This document shows positions 1 through 9,379 of a stretch of 58,375 nt of DNA, in pieces. A program made the translations under genes and the position numbers. A model generated the notes under the pieces. It worked only from the letters and a program-made list of their open reading frames with translations. It was not told the origin of the DNA and ran no database searches. The stretch covers positions 1-58,375 of the forward strand of contig JBIOXZ010000088.1 in NCBI GenBank assembly GCA_044869895.1, written 5' to 3'. How positions within the stretch are numbered: position 1 is the first letter of the stretch; each line of letters opens with the position of its first letter. This stretch comes from Actinomycetota bacterium. GTDB taxonomy: Bacteria; Actinomycetota; UBA4738; HRBIN12.

Positions 1-118
1 GTGGGGGAACAGTCCTACATCGAGGCGGGAAGCCGGCGTGCTCCGTGCCTAGCCGCTGAATTGGGCGCCTCACCTCTCTGAATCGACCTGGTGTAGCCTC
101 AATGGGAGGTGAGCGACG

Positions 119-529
119 ATGGTCACCGAGGGTCAACAGAATCTCGAGACCGTCATCTTTGACTACCTTGGTGCCCTTCGTGAAGGCAACCAAGAAGCCG
201 TCCGCGCAGTACTCGATCCCAACGTGACCTGGCAGGGTCTCCACGAGGACTGGGTCTGTCACGGACCGGACGAGGTCATCGAGACACTGCAGGAGGGGCT
301 CAGGCTTCGTCGCGATGTGGCGGCACTGGAGTTCGTCCGGGCTGGCAGTCGATTGGTGATGGGTGTCCGCGGTCCCTCGCTCGACGAGGTCGGGGGCGAG
401 CCGCTTGACGGTCAGATCTTCAATGTCTTCACTCTGAGCAACGGAAAAATCGTCCGCATTGAGGACTACCGGCTCAGGGCAGAAGCACTCAAGGCCGCCC
501 AGGCTGACGAGGATTCGGCGTGGCGATAG
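119..529 (+). CDS. SnoaL-like / NTF2-fold family protein
   Basis: 136-aa ORF with a GGGAGG Shine-Dalgarno a few nt before ATG 119. The small protein (FDYLGALREGNQEAVRAVLDPNVTWQG ... NGKIVRIEDY) was recognised by eye as SnoaL/ketosteroid-isomerase-like. No search was run. Confidence 0.6.
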   Translation: MVTEGQQNLETVIFDYLGALREGNQEAVRAVLDPNVTWQGLHEDWVCHGPDEVIETLQEGLRLRRDVAALEFVRAGSRLVMGVRGPSLDEVGGEPLDGQIFNVFTLSNGKIVRIEDYRLRAEALKAAQADEDSAWR

Positions 530-667
530 AGGGGCCGACGAGTCAACAGCGTCGCGTCCTCACCTTATACTTCCCTGCCTGAATCTGAGATTCGTCTGGA
601 CAGGAAGCGCATAGGCCAACTGTAAGACCCCGCTTCGCTCCAGGTTTGGCGATACCCAGCCGCTTCA

Positions 668-937
668 CTACGCGGGATCCCCCGCCATCAGCGCGAACAG
701 CACTATCCCCGCGATCCATACGGCGAAATACACGGCCGTCCATTTCGCCCACTTCTTCAGCGCAGCTCTCTTCGCCTGGTCGTGCTGGAATAGAAGCATG
801 ATGAGGGCGACGGCGAGCGCGACGTACGGCCACCAGACCGACGCACCGATGGCGACACCTCTCGCAAATACCGAGTACGGGGGAGGAGGCGGCGGCAATC
901 CTTCATCGGGCCGCGGCGGGACAGCGATCTTCTTCAC
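668..937 (-). CDS. small two-helix membrane protein (hypothetical)
   Basis: 3' part of ORF 668..1234. GTG at 937 gives 89 aa with a Pro-rich N-terminus and two hydrophobic helices (GASVWWPYVALAVALIMLLF, WTAVYFAVWIAGIVLFALMAG). The upstream part of the long ORF is Arg/Ser-rich and looks non-coding. The start is uncertain. Confidence 0.35.
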   Translation of the reverse strand: MKKIAVPPRPDEGLPPPPPPYSVFARGVAIGASVWWPYVALAVALIMLLFQHDQAKRAALKKWAKWTAVYFAVWIAGIVLFALMAGDPA

Positions 938-1239
938 ACCCGGTGCTACGCGGTGACGGCCCTCGACCGATTGAGCTTGGGAAGGTTGCACCACCGCATC
1001 GCAGCTCACCTCCTTCCGCCGATCGGAGCTAGTTCTTATCCGCCTCGCGCAGCAACCAGACCGTTTCGAAGATCTGGGGCGATGCATGTCGCGTCCCGCT
1101 GACCTCCGACATCGGCTCGGACGGTGCGGAACTGAAATCGTCAGGTCTCGGAAGAGTGGCGCTCGGGCAATCGATCGATGACCGTAAAATCCCGCGGTGA
1201 AATCGAATAGCATCAATGAGCCCACGCCATTCAAACGAC

Positions 1240-2526
1240 ATGAAGAGACCGAGATCGCCGAAGACGGTCGCTTCGGCCGTCGAGCGGATCGTTGGCTCGG
1301 ATCTGCCGATCGCGGTCGAGTCCTACGACGGTGGGCGGCTCGGCCCGGCCGACGCCCCGTCCACGCTGGTGGTTCGTTCGCCCGACGCGCTCCGCAGGAT
1401 CCTGACCGCTCCGGGTGAGCTCGGGCTGGGCCGCGCCTACGTGGCCGGCGACCTCGACGTGGAGGGCGATATCTACGCGGCCCTCGCGTCCCTTCGCGAG
1501 CGCCTCCCGCGGGTGCGGCTCGGACCGTCCCAGCTCATGGCTCTCGCCCGGCTCGTGGGCCTCGACGGCCTCCGACCCCTCCCACCGCCGCCCGAGGAGG
1601 CCAGCCTCCGCGGCCGCCGACACTCGAAGGCCCGGGACGCGCAGGCCATCGCCCACCACTACGACGTGTCGAACCGGTTCTATGAGCTGGTCCTCGGACC
1701 ATCCATGACCTACTCGTGTGCCGTGTGGCCGCGGACCGACGCAACGCTCGAGAAGGCGCAGGCCGCCAAGTACGAGCTGATCTGCCGGAAGCTCGACCTC
1801 GGCGAGGGGATGCGGCTCCTCGACGTGGGGTGCGGGTGGGGCGGGATGGCCATGCACGCAGCGAGGCACCACGGCGCGTCGGTCGTCGGGGTCACGCTCT
1901 CCAGGCGCCAGGTCGAGTGGGCCCAGAAGGCGGTGGCCGACGCCGGCCTGGCCGACCGAGTAGAGATCCGCCTCCAGGACTACCGGGATCTCCTCGACGG
2001 CCCGTTCGATGCGATCTCCTCGATCGGCATGTTCGAACACGTGGGCCTGCGGAACCTCGGGCTGTACTTCCGGCGCCTGTACCGCCTGCTCCGGCCGGGC
2101 GGCAGGCTGTTGAACCACGGGATCAGCCGGCCCGCCCGGCCCGGGGCGCGCCCGAGGGCCGGCGTGCCCGTCACTCCCTCGCGCCTCGCGCGGCGCAGCT
2201 TCATCGACCGATACGTGTTCCCGGACGGCGAGCTGCACGAGGTCGGAGCCGTCGTCTCCACCATGCAGTCCTCCGGCTTCGAGGTCCGGCACCTGGAGAG
2301 CCTGCGGGAGCACTACGCGCTGACCCTTCGCGCGTGGGTGGCCAACCTCGAGGCGAACTGGGGGGAGGCCGTGGCCGAGGTCGGTGCGGCACGGGCGCGG
2401 GTCTGGCGGCTGTACATGGCGGCAAGCGCGCTGAACTTCGAGGCCGGCCGGACCCAGGTGCACCAGGTCCTCGCAGTCCGGGCGGACAGGGGCCGAAGCG
2501 GCTCGCCGCTCCGCCCCCCGTTCTGA
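1240..2526 (+). CDS. cfa: cyclopropane-fatty-acyl-phospholipid synthase family SAM-dependent methyltransferase
   Basis: ORF 1216..2526. Diagnostic motifs of CFA / mycolic-acid cyclopropane synthases are present: HYDVSNRFYELVLGPSMTYSCAVW, the SAM-binding LDVGCGWGGMAMHAARHHGASVVGVTLS, and FDAISSIGMFEHVG. ATG 1216 or ATG 1240 could be the start. Confidence 0.88.
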   Translation: MKRPRSPKTVASAVERIVGSDLPIAVESYDGGRLGPADAPSTLVVRSPDALRRILTAPGELGLGRAYVAGDLDVEGDIYAALASLRERLPRVRLGPSQLMALARLVGLDGLRPLPPPPEEASLRGRRHSKARDAQAIAHHYDVSNRFYELVLGPSMTYSCAVWPRTDATLEKAQAAKYELICRKLDLGEGMRLLDVGCGWGGMAMHAARHHGASVVGVTLSRRQVEWAQKAVADAGLADRVEIRLQDYRDLLDGPFDAISSIGMFEHVGLRNLGLYFRRLYRLLRPGGRLLNHGISRPARPGARPRAGVPVTPSRLARRSFIDRYVFPDGELHEVGAVVSTMQSSGFEVRHLESLREHYALTLRAWVANLEANWGEAVAEVGAARARVWRLYMAASALNFEAGRTQVHQVLAVRADRGRSGSPLRPPF

Positions 2527-2740
2527 AGGCGGGCGGCCCAGACCCGACCGAGGTAACACGGCTCGCGCGCCCCCGAGAGGTCAAGTCATATTCGGTTGTG
2601 TCAGAGCCACCTGCTAGCTTGTGGCACGTCCCAGGCTCTGTCTACTGAACTAGACAGTTCGTCCCGAGGATTCCATCATGGCCGGACGCTACGTGCGATC
2701 GAGCGGGACCTGGAACCCGGCCTGGGAGGAAGGGGCTGCG

Positions 2741-3166
2741 ATGAGCTACAGGGTCGTGATCGAGCGGGACGAGACCGGCGTATGGCTGGCCCGGGTTCCG
2801 TCCGTGCCCGGCTGCCACACCCATGGGCGAACCCTCGAGCGCGCCCGGCGTCGGATCCGGGAAGCCCTCGAGCTCTGGGTCGATGACGCCCGGCGGGCCG
2901 AGCTCACGTTCGAGATCCGGCTCCCGGCTGAGATCAACAAGGAGATTCATCGGGCCAGCGCGACTCGGGAACGGAGCGTTCGAGCAGCGCGAGAAGCCTC
3001 CGACGCCGTTTGGCGCGCCGCGCGCGACCTGACGCAGAAGGCCGGACTCTCACGCCGGGACGCTGCAGAGCTCCTGGGCATGTCCCATCAACGAGTGCAG
3101 CAGCTGCTTTCCACGCGGCCCGAGAGCCGCCGAGTTACCCGCAGGCGCGCCGCCCGCTCGGCGTAG
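2741..3166 (+). CDS. hicB: HicB-family antitoxin-like protein with C-terminal helix-turn-helix
   Basis: ATG 2741 is preceded by GGGAGGAAGGGG. The N-terminus MSYRVVIERDETGVWLARVPSVPGCHTHGRTLERARRRIREALELWVDD matches the HicB/UPF0150 fold signature. The C-terminus LSRRDAAELLGMSHQRVQQLL looks like an HTH. The upstream 21 codons of ORF 2678..3166 are probably not translated. Confidence 0.75.
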   Translation: MSYRVVIERDETGVWLARVPSVPGCHTHGRTLERARRRIREALELWVDDARRAELTFEIRLPAEINKEIHRASATRERSVRAAREASDAVWRAARDLTQKAGLSRRDAAELLGMSHQRVQQLLSTRPESRRVTRRRAARSA

Positions 3167-3219
3167 CCGCACGCACGGCAACCCTTCAACCGTGGCCAAC
3201 TCCCGCTGATCCGACGTCT

Positions 3220-3972
3220 ATGCTGGTCACGCACCGATTGGAGATGGAACCCAGGTTGGTGGCGACCGAAGCCGACACCGCGCGGAAGAGGACGAGCGTT
3301 GTCATAGCAGGAGCGCTCGTGATCGGTGCGTTCGCAGGCGGTATCGCCGTGGGCCTGGCGGCCGACTCCTCCGACACGCCTTCCACGAGCCGATCCACCA
3401 CCACCCCCACCAAGAGCGTGACAAGAGCGGCGGACTACTTGCGGTATCACCCCGCCACGTCCCGAGAGCCATTCAACGAGTACCTCGAGCCGTTCGACTT
3501 CGACCCGGCACCGCCCCTCGAGGTCACCCCCATCGACGGGTACTACATGCGGATCGTCGACCTCGAGGAGGTGGGGGGGCCGCGCTGGGGACTGCCCATC
3601 CACTGCCGCCGGTGTCCCGCGTTCCGGGTCGATCCCGGAGTCGAGACGCTCCTGCTGTACCGAGGCCGGTTCTGGCTCGAGCACCAGATGTCCGGGTTCA
3701 GGGCGCTCGGGCACTACGAGGTCCGGGGAGATCGCTTCACGATATTCAACGATGCCAACTGCTCGAGCGTGCGGGGCGAGTACGAGTGGTCCAGGACCGG
3801 CACGAGCCTGTCCTTCGAGGTGCTCGAGGATGTGTGTCCGTTCGAAGACGAGCGCGCCACCGACCTGATGTTCTCGACGTGGACTGCCGTCCGCCCATGC
3901 CTGTCCGGTATCGAGTACTGGTGGCCGGCGATGATCGGATGCCAAGCGGGAGAATCGGGAGTCAGGCCGTAG
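3220..3972 (+). CDS. hypothetical membrane-anchored protein
   Basis: ATG 3220 inside ORF 3010..3972. It has an N-terminal TM helix (VVIAGALVIGAFAGGIAVGLAA), an S/T-rich linker and a Cys-containing domain of about 190 aa. No family was recognised. Confidence 0.5.
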   Translation: MLVTHRLEMEPRLVATEADTARKRTSVVIAGALVIGAFAGGIAVGLAADSSDTPSTSRSTTTPTKSVTRAADYLRYHPATSREPFNEYLEPFDFDPAPPLEVTPIDGYYMRIVDLEEVGGPRWGLPIHCRRCPAFRVDPGVETLLLYRGRFWLEHQMSGFRALGHYEVRGDRFTIFNDANCSSVRGEYEWSRTGTSLSFEVLEDVCPFEDERATDLMFSTWTAVRPCLSGIEYWWPAMIGCQAGESGVRP

Positions 3973-4062
3973 AACTCGAGAGAGCTGGCCGTCGCGGCCG
4001 CGCCTGCGTTGCGGTACGGGCTTTCCCGGAGCTCGTTCCCCGCAGAGCTAGGATCGCGACTG

Positions 4063-4839
4063 GTGTTCACCGTTGAGCAGCGGGATGGTCTTCGCGAGTG
4101 CGTGCTAAGGCTCGCGGAGGAGGATGAGCGCGTCGTCGCCGGAGCCGCCGTGGGCTCGCTCGCCACAGACGGCGGCGATCGCTTCTCCGACTTGGACCTT
4201 ACCTTCGGCACTGCCGACCATGTTCAGGTCGCTGAGGTGCTCGACGACTGGACGCGCACGCTCATCGACGAGCTCGACGCGGTGCAGCTTGGCGAGCTCG
4301 AGCGCGGGCCGACCACCTACCGCGTCTTCCTGCTACCGGATGCGCTGCAGTTGGACCTCTCGATGACGCCGGCGGCTCAGTTTCGTCCCGCGGGGCCACG
4401 ATTCCGGCTTCTGTTCGGCGAGACGGCTGCGGGCGAGTTCGAGACTGCCACCCCGCCGGTCGCAGGGGACCTCTTCCTTCCCACACCGTCGGTCGCAGTG
4501 GACATCTTCGGGTGGGGCGTCATCTACGCGCTCCACGCGCGCGCGTGCATCGAGCGCGGGCGTGTCTGGCAGGCTGAGCATTACGTCGGCGCCGTGCGCG
4601 ACCACGCGCTCTCGCTTGCCTGCCTGCGCCAGGGGCTGCCCCCTGTGCAGGCGCGCGGCTACGACGACCTTTCCGCTAAGACACTTGCCCGATTCGAGGA
4701 TGCCCACGTCGGTGGGGTCGAACCTGGGGCGCTCCGGGCAGCTCTCGCCGCCTCCGTTCTCGCGCTCATGCGCGGAGGCGCGGAGGCGCGCCTACCGCAC
4801 GCTCATGTCGTAGCGGAGCGTCTCGCCGAGCTTCGCTGA
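4063..4839 (+). CDS. nucleotidyltransferase-domain protein (ANT/KNTase-like architecture)
   Basis: ORF 4009..4839. The motif GAAVGSLATDGGDRFSDLDLTFG fits the pol-beta-superfamily nucleotidyltransferase signature GS-x(9-10)-D-x-D, and a helical C-terminal domain follows. GTG 4063 (AGGA about 9 nt upstream) is preferred over TTG 4009, but the start is uncertain. Confidence 0.6.
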   Translation: MFTVEQRDGLRECVLRLAEEDERVVAGAAVGSLATDGGDRFSDLDLTFGTADHVQVAEVLDDWTRTLIDELDAVQLGELERGPTTYRVFLLPDALQLDLSMTPAAQFRPAGPRFRLLFGETAAGEFETATPPVAGDLFLPTPSVAVDIFGWGVIYALHARACIERGRVWQAEHYVGAVRDHALSLACLRQGLPPVQARGYDDLSAKTLARFEDAHVGGVEPGALRAALAASVLALMRGGAEARLPHAHVVAERLAELR

Positions 4840-5068
4840 CGCGCTGCAGCTGGCGGGAGCTTCCACTCGGGCACAAAGAGGCGTGGCAGGCAACCAAGGG
4901 CTGACGTTCCTCAGAAATCCCGGCGAGGAGCCCACCCTCCTGACCCATGGCTAGTTGGGAGAAGCCTTCCAGGGCATTTCGGGATAATCTCGAGCGGTTG
5001 CGGGAGGGAGGGGCCACTGCGGCCAACCGGGCGACCCCTGCGTGGGCTTGTTGACAAGGGGGTTTGAC

Positions 5069-6913
5069 ATGCTTCGGCGGAATTTCTCGATCAGACTAAT
5101 GGTCGTGCTGATCGCGGCGGCCGCTTTCGTCGTGCCGTCGGCGGCGACGGCGAGTGTGCCATCCGGCATGACGGATTCCCTCGTCGCATCTGTGGCGGCA
5201 CCCACGGCACTGGCTTTCACGCCTGACGGCCGCCTGCTCGTGACGAGCCAATCCGGGGCGCTTCAGGTCGTGCAAGACGGCAGACTTCTTCCCACACCGG
5301 CGCTCAATTTGGGGCCGACGATCTGTTCGAACAGCGAGCGAGGCCTGCTTGGCATCGCGACTGACCCGGCGTTCGCGACGAATCACTTCATCTATCTCTA
5401 CTACACCGCTGCTATTGCGACGGGCTGCGTGAATCGGGTGTCTCGGTTCGTGCTCTCGGACGCCAATATCGTCGACCCGACGAGTGAGATTTTCCTGCTC
5501 GACAACATCCCCTCGCCCGCTGGCAACCATAACGGCGGCGACGTTCACTTCGGCCATGACGGGTACCTGTATGTGAGCGTCGGCGACGGCGGCTGCGACT
5601 ACGACGGGGACAGCGGCTGCGGGCCGGCCAACGCAGCGGCGCGCGATCTGAATGTCCTGCTCGGGAAGGTGCTGCGCATCACGAGCGACGGCGGCATCCC
5701 GCCAGACAATCCCTTCTTGGGGACGGACAGCGCGCGCTGCAACCTCACCGCGCGCACCGATCCGGGGAAGACCTGCCAGGAGACGTTCGTTTGGGGTCTG
5801 CGGAATCCGTTCCGGATCGCCTTCGACCCGAACTCGTCCGACACCCGCTTCTACATCAACGATGTCGGTCAGAACACTTTTGAGGAGATCGACGCGGCGC
5901 AGGCGGGCGATGATTACGGATGGAACGTTCGAGAGGGATTCTGTGCCACGGGTTCGACCACAGACTGCGGCCCGCCCCCCGCCGGGATGACGAATCCGAT
6001 CTTCGCCTACGCTCACGCCAACGGCTGCAACGCGATCACGGCCGGAGCGTTCGTGCCGAACGGCGTCTGGCCCGCCGCCTACGACGGTGTGTACCTGTTC
6101 GCGGACTACCTCTGCGGCACGATCTTCCAGCTCGTTCCCGCAACCGGCGGCGGCTTCACCGCGACGGACTTCGCTACGGGCCTCGGCGTTGGCGGTCCGA
6201 TCACGATGATGTTCGGCCCAGTCGGCCAGACGCAGGCTATCTACTACACAACGTACGCGAACGGCGGGCAGGTCCGGCGGATTGAGTTCGTCCAGCAGCA
6301 GAACCAGGCGCCCACGGCCGCCGTGAGCGCGGACCTGACCTCCGGGCCGGCTCCTTTGACGGTCAACTTCGACGCAAGCGCGAGCAGCGACCCGGACCAG
6401 GGAGACACGCTCACCTACGTCTGGGACTTCGGCGACGGCACCAGTTCGACCGAGACCACGAGCGCGACGGTGACCCACGTGTACTCGACGCCGGGCACCT
6501 TCATGGCAACGCTCACGGTCCGTGACAACCACGGTGCCACGTCGGCGCCGGCGACGATCCAGATCCAGGTCGGCAACTCCCTGGTCGTGCCCCAGAATCT
6601 GGTGGTGCCGACCGTGAGCGGCACGTTGAGGGTCGGAAACATTCTCACCGCAGGCCCCGGTACCTGGATGGGTTCAGAACCATTCGAATTCAGCTACCAG
6701 TGGCTGCGCTGCGATGCGAGGGGGAACTCATGCCTCCCGATCTTCACAGCGACGGAAGCAACATACCCGCTTACGCCGGTCGACTTCGGATCGACGATCC
6801 GCGTGGTGGTAACGGCGACGAACACCGCGGGCTCCGCAGTCGCAACCTCGTTTCCAACAGAGCGAGTGAAGCACGAGTGCTCCGGGAGCCCGTGCACGAG
6901 CCAGCTGGGCTGA
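5069..6913 (+). CDS. secreted PQQ-dependent sugar (glucose/sorbosone) dehydrogenase-like beta-propeller with PKD domain and C-terminal Ig-like module
   Basis: ATG 5069 has AAGGGGG upstream. It has a signal-peptide-like N-terminus and SGDH-type motifs (SERGLLGIATDP, GNHNGGDVHFGHDGYLYVSVGDGG, WGLRNPFRIAFDP). A PKD domain is present (LTVNFDASASSDPDQGDTLTYVWDFGDGT ... GTFMATLTVRDNHG). A Cys-pair module follows (YQWLRCDARGNSC ... IRVVVTATN). Confidence 0.85.
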   Translation: MLRRNFSIRLMVVLIAAAAFVVPSAATASVPSGMTDSLVASVAAPTALAFTPDGRLLVTSQSGALQVVQDGRLLPTPALNLGPTICSNSERGLLGIATDPAFATNHFIYLYYTAAIATGCVNRVSRFVLSDANIVDPTSEIFLLDNIPSPAGNHNGGDVHFGHDGYLYVSVGDGGCDYDGDSGCGPANAAARDLNVLLGKVLRITSDGGIPPDNPFLGTDSARCNLTARTDPGKTCQETFVWGLRNPFRIAFDPNSSDTRFYINDVGQNTFEEIDAAQAGDDYGWNVREGFCATGSTTDCGPPPAGMTNPIFAYAHANGCNAITAGAFVPNGVWPAAYDGVYLFADYLCGTIFQLVPATGGGFTATDFATGLGVGGPITMMFGPVGQTQAIYYTTYANGGQVRRIEFVQQQNQAPTAAVSADLTSGPAPLTVNFDASASSDPDQGDTLTYVWDFGDGTSSTETTSATVTHVYSTPGTFMATLTVRDNHGATSAPATIQIQVGNSLVVPQNLVVPTVSGTLRVGNILTAGPGTWMGSEPFEFSYQWLRCDARGNSCLPIFTATEATYPLTPVDFGSTIRVVVTATNTAGSAVATSFPTERVKHECSGSPCTSQLG

Positions 6914-7023
6914 TGTGAAGATCACGCGGACGGCATGGGCCGCTCCGCGATGTCCTCGGCGAGGCCGTCGCCGTTGTGGCCGCCTCGCCTGACCTGGGTG
7001 GAAAGCATGTCGCCGCGGGCGGC

Positions 7024-7473
7024 TTACAGCCAGTCCGGAAGTTCGCGGCCAGCGGCCGCGTGGAACTCGGCGATCACCCGCCGGGCCGTCTCAATAGCCC
7101 ACTGTGCTTCCCCGGCCCCGACTCCGGCCGGGATCTCCGGAGGCGGCGTCGGGGACCGGCGGTCGAGCCTCTCGGGCTCGCCACGGAACCCGAGCGCCGT
7201 GTCGCGAAGGGCCTGCAGGCGCTCAAGGTCGGGCGCCGCTTCGAGCTGGCGTCCGAGCGTCCGCTCGCACAGATCGTGCCACTTCGGCAGGACCCGAGCC
7301 CGGTAGTTGAAGCTCGCGATCTCTTCTCCCCCAACCCGGTTCACGAACGCCTCCAGGGCGCCGTGCGCTGCCAACACTGCGGCCACCGCCCGGCCCCGAC
7401 TCTCGCTCGCAGCGGCGGCCAGCTCGGTGGCGAACGAGAGAAGCACTCGGGACGAATCGTGCTCAGATCCCAT
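7024..7473 (-). CDS. hypothetical helical protein
   Basis: ORF 7024..7500. ATG 7473 has GGAG about 6 nt upstream. The 149-aa sequence is predicted all-helical, and no family was recognised with confidence. Confidence 0.5.
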   Translation of the reverse strand: MGSEHDSSRVLLSFATELAAAASESRGRAVAAVLAAHGALEAFVNRVGGEEIASFNYRARVLPKWHDLCERTLGRQLEAAPDLERLQALRDTALGFRGEPERLDRRSPTPPPEIPAGVGAGEAQWAIETARRVIAEFHAAAGRELPDWL

Positions 7474-7589
7474 TTGTCTCCAGGACCCTACTTGAGCCAC
7501 GAGATGACAGTCTTCGCGATTCGCTTGCCGTCAACACCGGGAACGGGTGAAGATGCGCCCGTGGAGGTGCTGGTCAAGTTCCCCCGCTC

Positions 7590-8930
7590 GTGACCGAGGA
7601 GACCACGGCCTCGTCTCAGTCGCGCGCCCGAGCCGGGGTTGGCTGGATCGACAACGGGGCGGCCCTGCTCTCCCGGATCGGCGCGGATCCCGAGGATGAC
7701 CAGGAGCTGCGCCACAGGAAGTCGCTGCTCGTGCTGCTCGCGGTCCTGATCCTGCCCGTTTCCGTGGTGTGGGGCAGCGTGTACCTCGCCTTCGGCTCTC
7801 GGGTAGGCATCGTTCCGTACATCTACTTCGCCATCTCGATCGGCTCGTTGGTGCTCTTCGCGCGAACCCGAAACCTCCGGCTTCTCCTCGCCATTCAGCT
7901 CCTCGACATCCTCCTCACGACGACGGCCGGGCAGATGCTGGTGGGCGGGTTCCTTCCGTCCGGAGGGGTCGGGCTGTGGGGAATCCTGGCTCCGCTCGGA
8001 GCCCTCGTCTTCCTCGAGGTGCGACAGGCCGTCCGCTGGTTCGTTGCGTTCGTCCTCGTCTTCCTCCTCACGGGCATCGCGGGCGAGGTCCTGATCTCGG
8101 ACGCGGACCTCCCGATCTGGTTCACCAGCGCGATGCTTGCGTTGAATGTCATCGCAACTGGCGCTGTCGCCTTCACGCTCCTCGCCTCCTTCGCCAATCA
8201 GCGCAATGCGGCGCTGAGGGAATCCGAATTGCTCCTCATGAACATCCTGCCGCGCTCGATCGCCGAGCGACTGAAGGCCGCTGCGCAGACGATCGCGGAC
8301 CACTTCGACTCGGCTTCCATCCTCTTCGCCGACGTCGTGGACTTCACTCCGCTCGCCCAGCGCCTGCCGCCGGCCGAGGTCGTCGGCATCCTCGACCACC
8401 TCTTCTCCCACTTCGACGCGCTCGTCGAGCGGCACGGGCTGGAGAAGATCAAGACGATCGGCGACTGCTACATGGCCGCCGCGGGCGTGCCGAATCCGCG
8501 CCCCGATCACGCGCGCAGGGCCGCGCTCCTGGCGCTCGACATGCGAGACGCGGTCGCGACCTCGACGGTGGCCGGCCAATCGGGCCTCGAGCTGAGGATC
8601 GGCATCAACTCCGGGCCGGTCGTAGCCGGGGTGATCGGCACGAAGCGGTTCATCTACGATCTCTGGGGCGATGCCGTGAACACGGCGAGTCGGATGGAGT
8701 CGCAGAGCACGCCCGGCGAGATCCAGATCACGCGCGAAACGTACGATCTGCTGAAGGATGAGTTCGTCTGTAGAGAACGGGGAACGATCCTGGTCAAGGG
8801 AAAGGGCCAGATGGAGACCTGGTACCTCGAAGGGTCGCGGTCCGACGACCGTCGAACGGAGTCGGACGGCAAACTCGGGGACGCGGGAACCGTCGATCCG
8901 CGGACAGTGTCCGGTCGGGGAACGTCCTAA
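7590..8930 (+). CDS. membrane-bound class III adenylate/guanylate cyclase
   Basis: The N-terminal half carries about six hydrophobic helices. The C-terminal catalytic domain has class III signatures: ASILFADVVDFTPL, KIKTIGDCYMAAAGVP, RIGINSGPVVAGVIG, DLWGDAVNTASRMES. Confidence 0.9.
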   Translation: MTEETTASSQSRARAGVGWIDNGAALLSRIGADPEDDQELRHRKSLLVLLAVLILPVSVVWGSVYLAFGSRVGIVPYIYFAISIGSLVLFARTRNLRLLLAIQLLDILLTTTAGQMLVGGFLPSGGVGLWGILAPLGALVFLEVRQAVRWFVAFVLVFLLTGIAGEVLISDADLPIWFTSAMLALNVIATGAVAFTLLASFANQRNAALRESELLLMNILPRSIAERLKAAAQTIADHFDSASILFADVVDFTPLAQRLPPAEVVGILDHLFSHFDALVERHGLEKIKTIGDCYMAAAGVPNPRPDHARRAALLALDMRDAVATSTVAGQSGLELRIGINSGPVVAGVIGTKRFIYDLWGDAVNTASRMESQSTPGEIQITRETYDLLKDEFVCRERGTILVKGKGQMETWYLEGSRSDDRRTESDGKLGDAGTVDPRTVSGRGTS

Positions 8931-9379
8931 GGGCACTGTTTGCGCGGCCCCAGTGGAGCGGTTGATTTGAACCGTCCGGATCTGCGAGACGGCCCCGCGG
9001 GCTTAGCCTTCGCCCCGTTCTAGAAGGTCGGCCAAGTACTGCTCCAACGAAGACGTATCCACACTGTGGCCTTGAGAAGGCCAATCGCGGCGTCCGGGTC
9101 GACCCGCTCCCCGGCATCACACCGCAGCAAACCGGCCCGCTGCAGCTCCCACTTGCACACATGTTCGCCCAACCGATGCTCCAACCAGGACGTGTCTACG
9201 CTGTTCGCCCTGAGAAAGCGGAGCGCGACTACGCGCGGGGATCCTCACGCAGGCGCGAGTACCTCACGAGGTCCCCTGCTGGCCGGCTTGGCCAGCATCA
9301 CCGAGCGGTCGATTCGGAGGTGCCTTCTGTTGAACAGGACCGACCCGCAGTCGTGGTCATCCTCCATTCGTCCGGGTCG

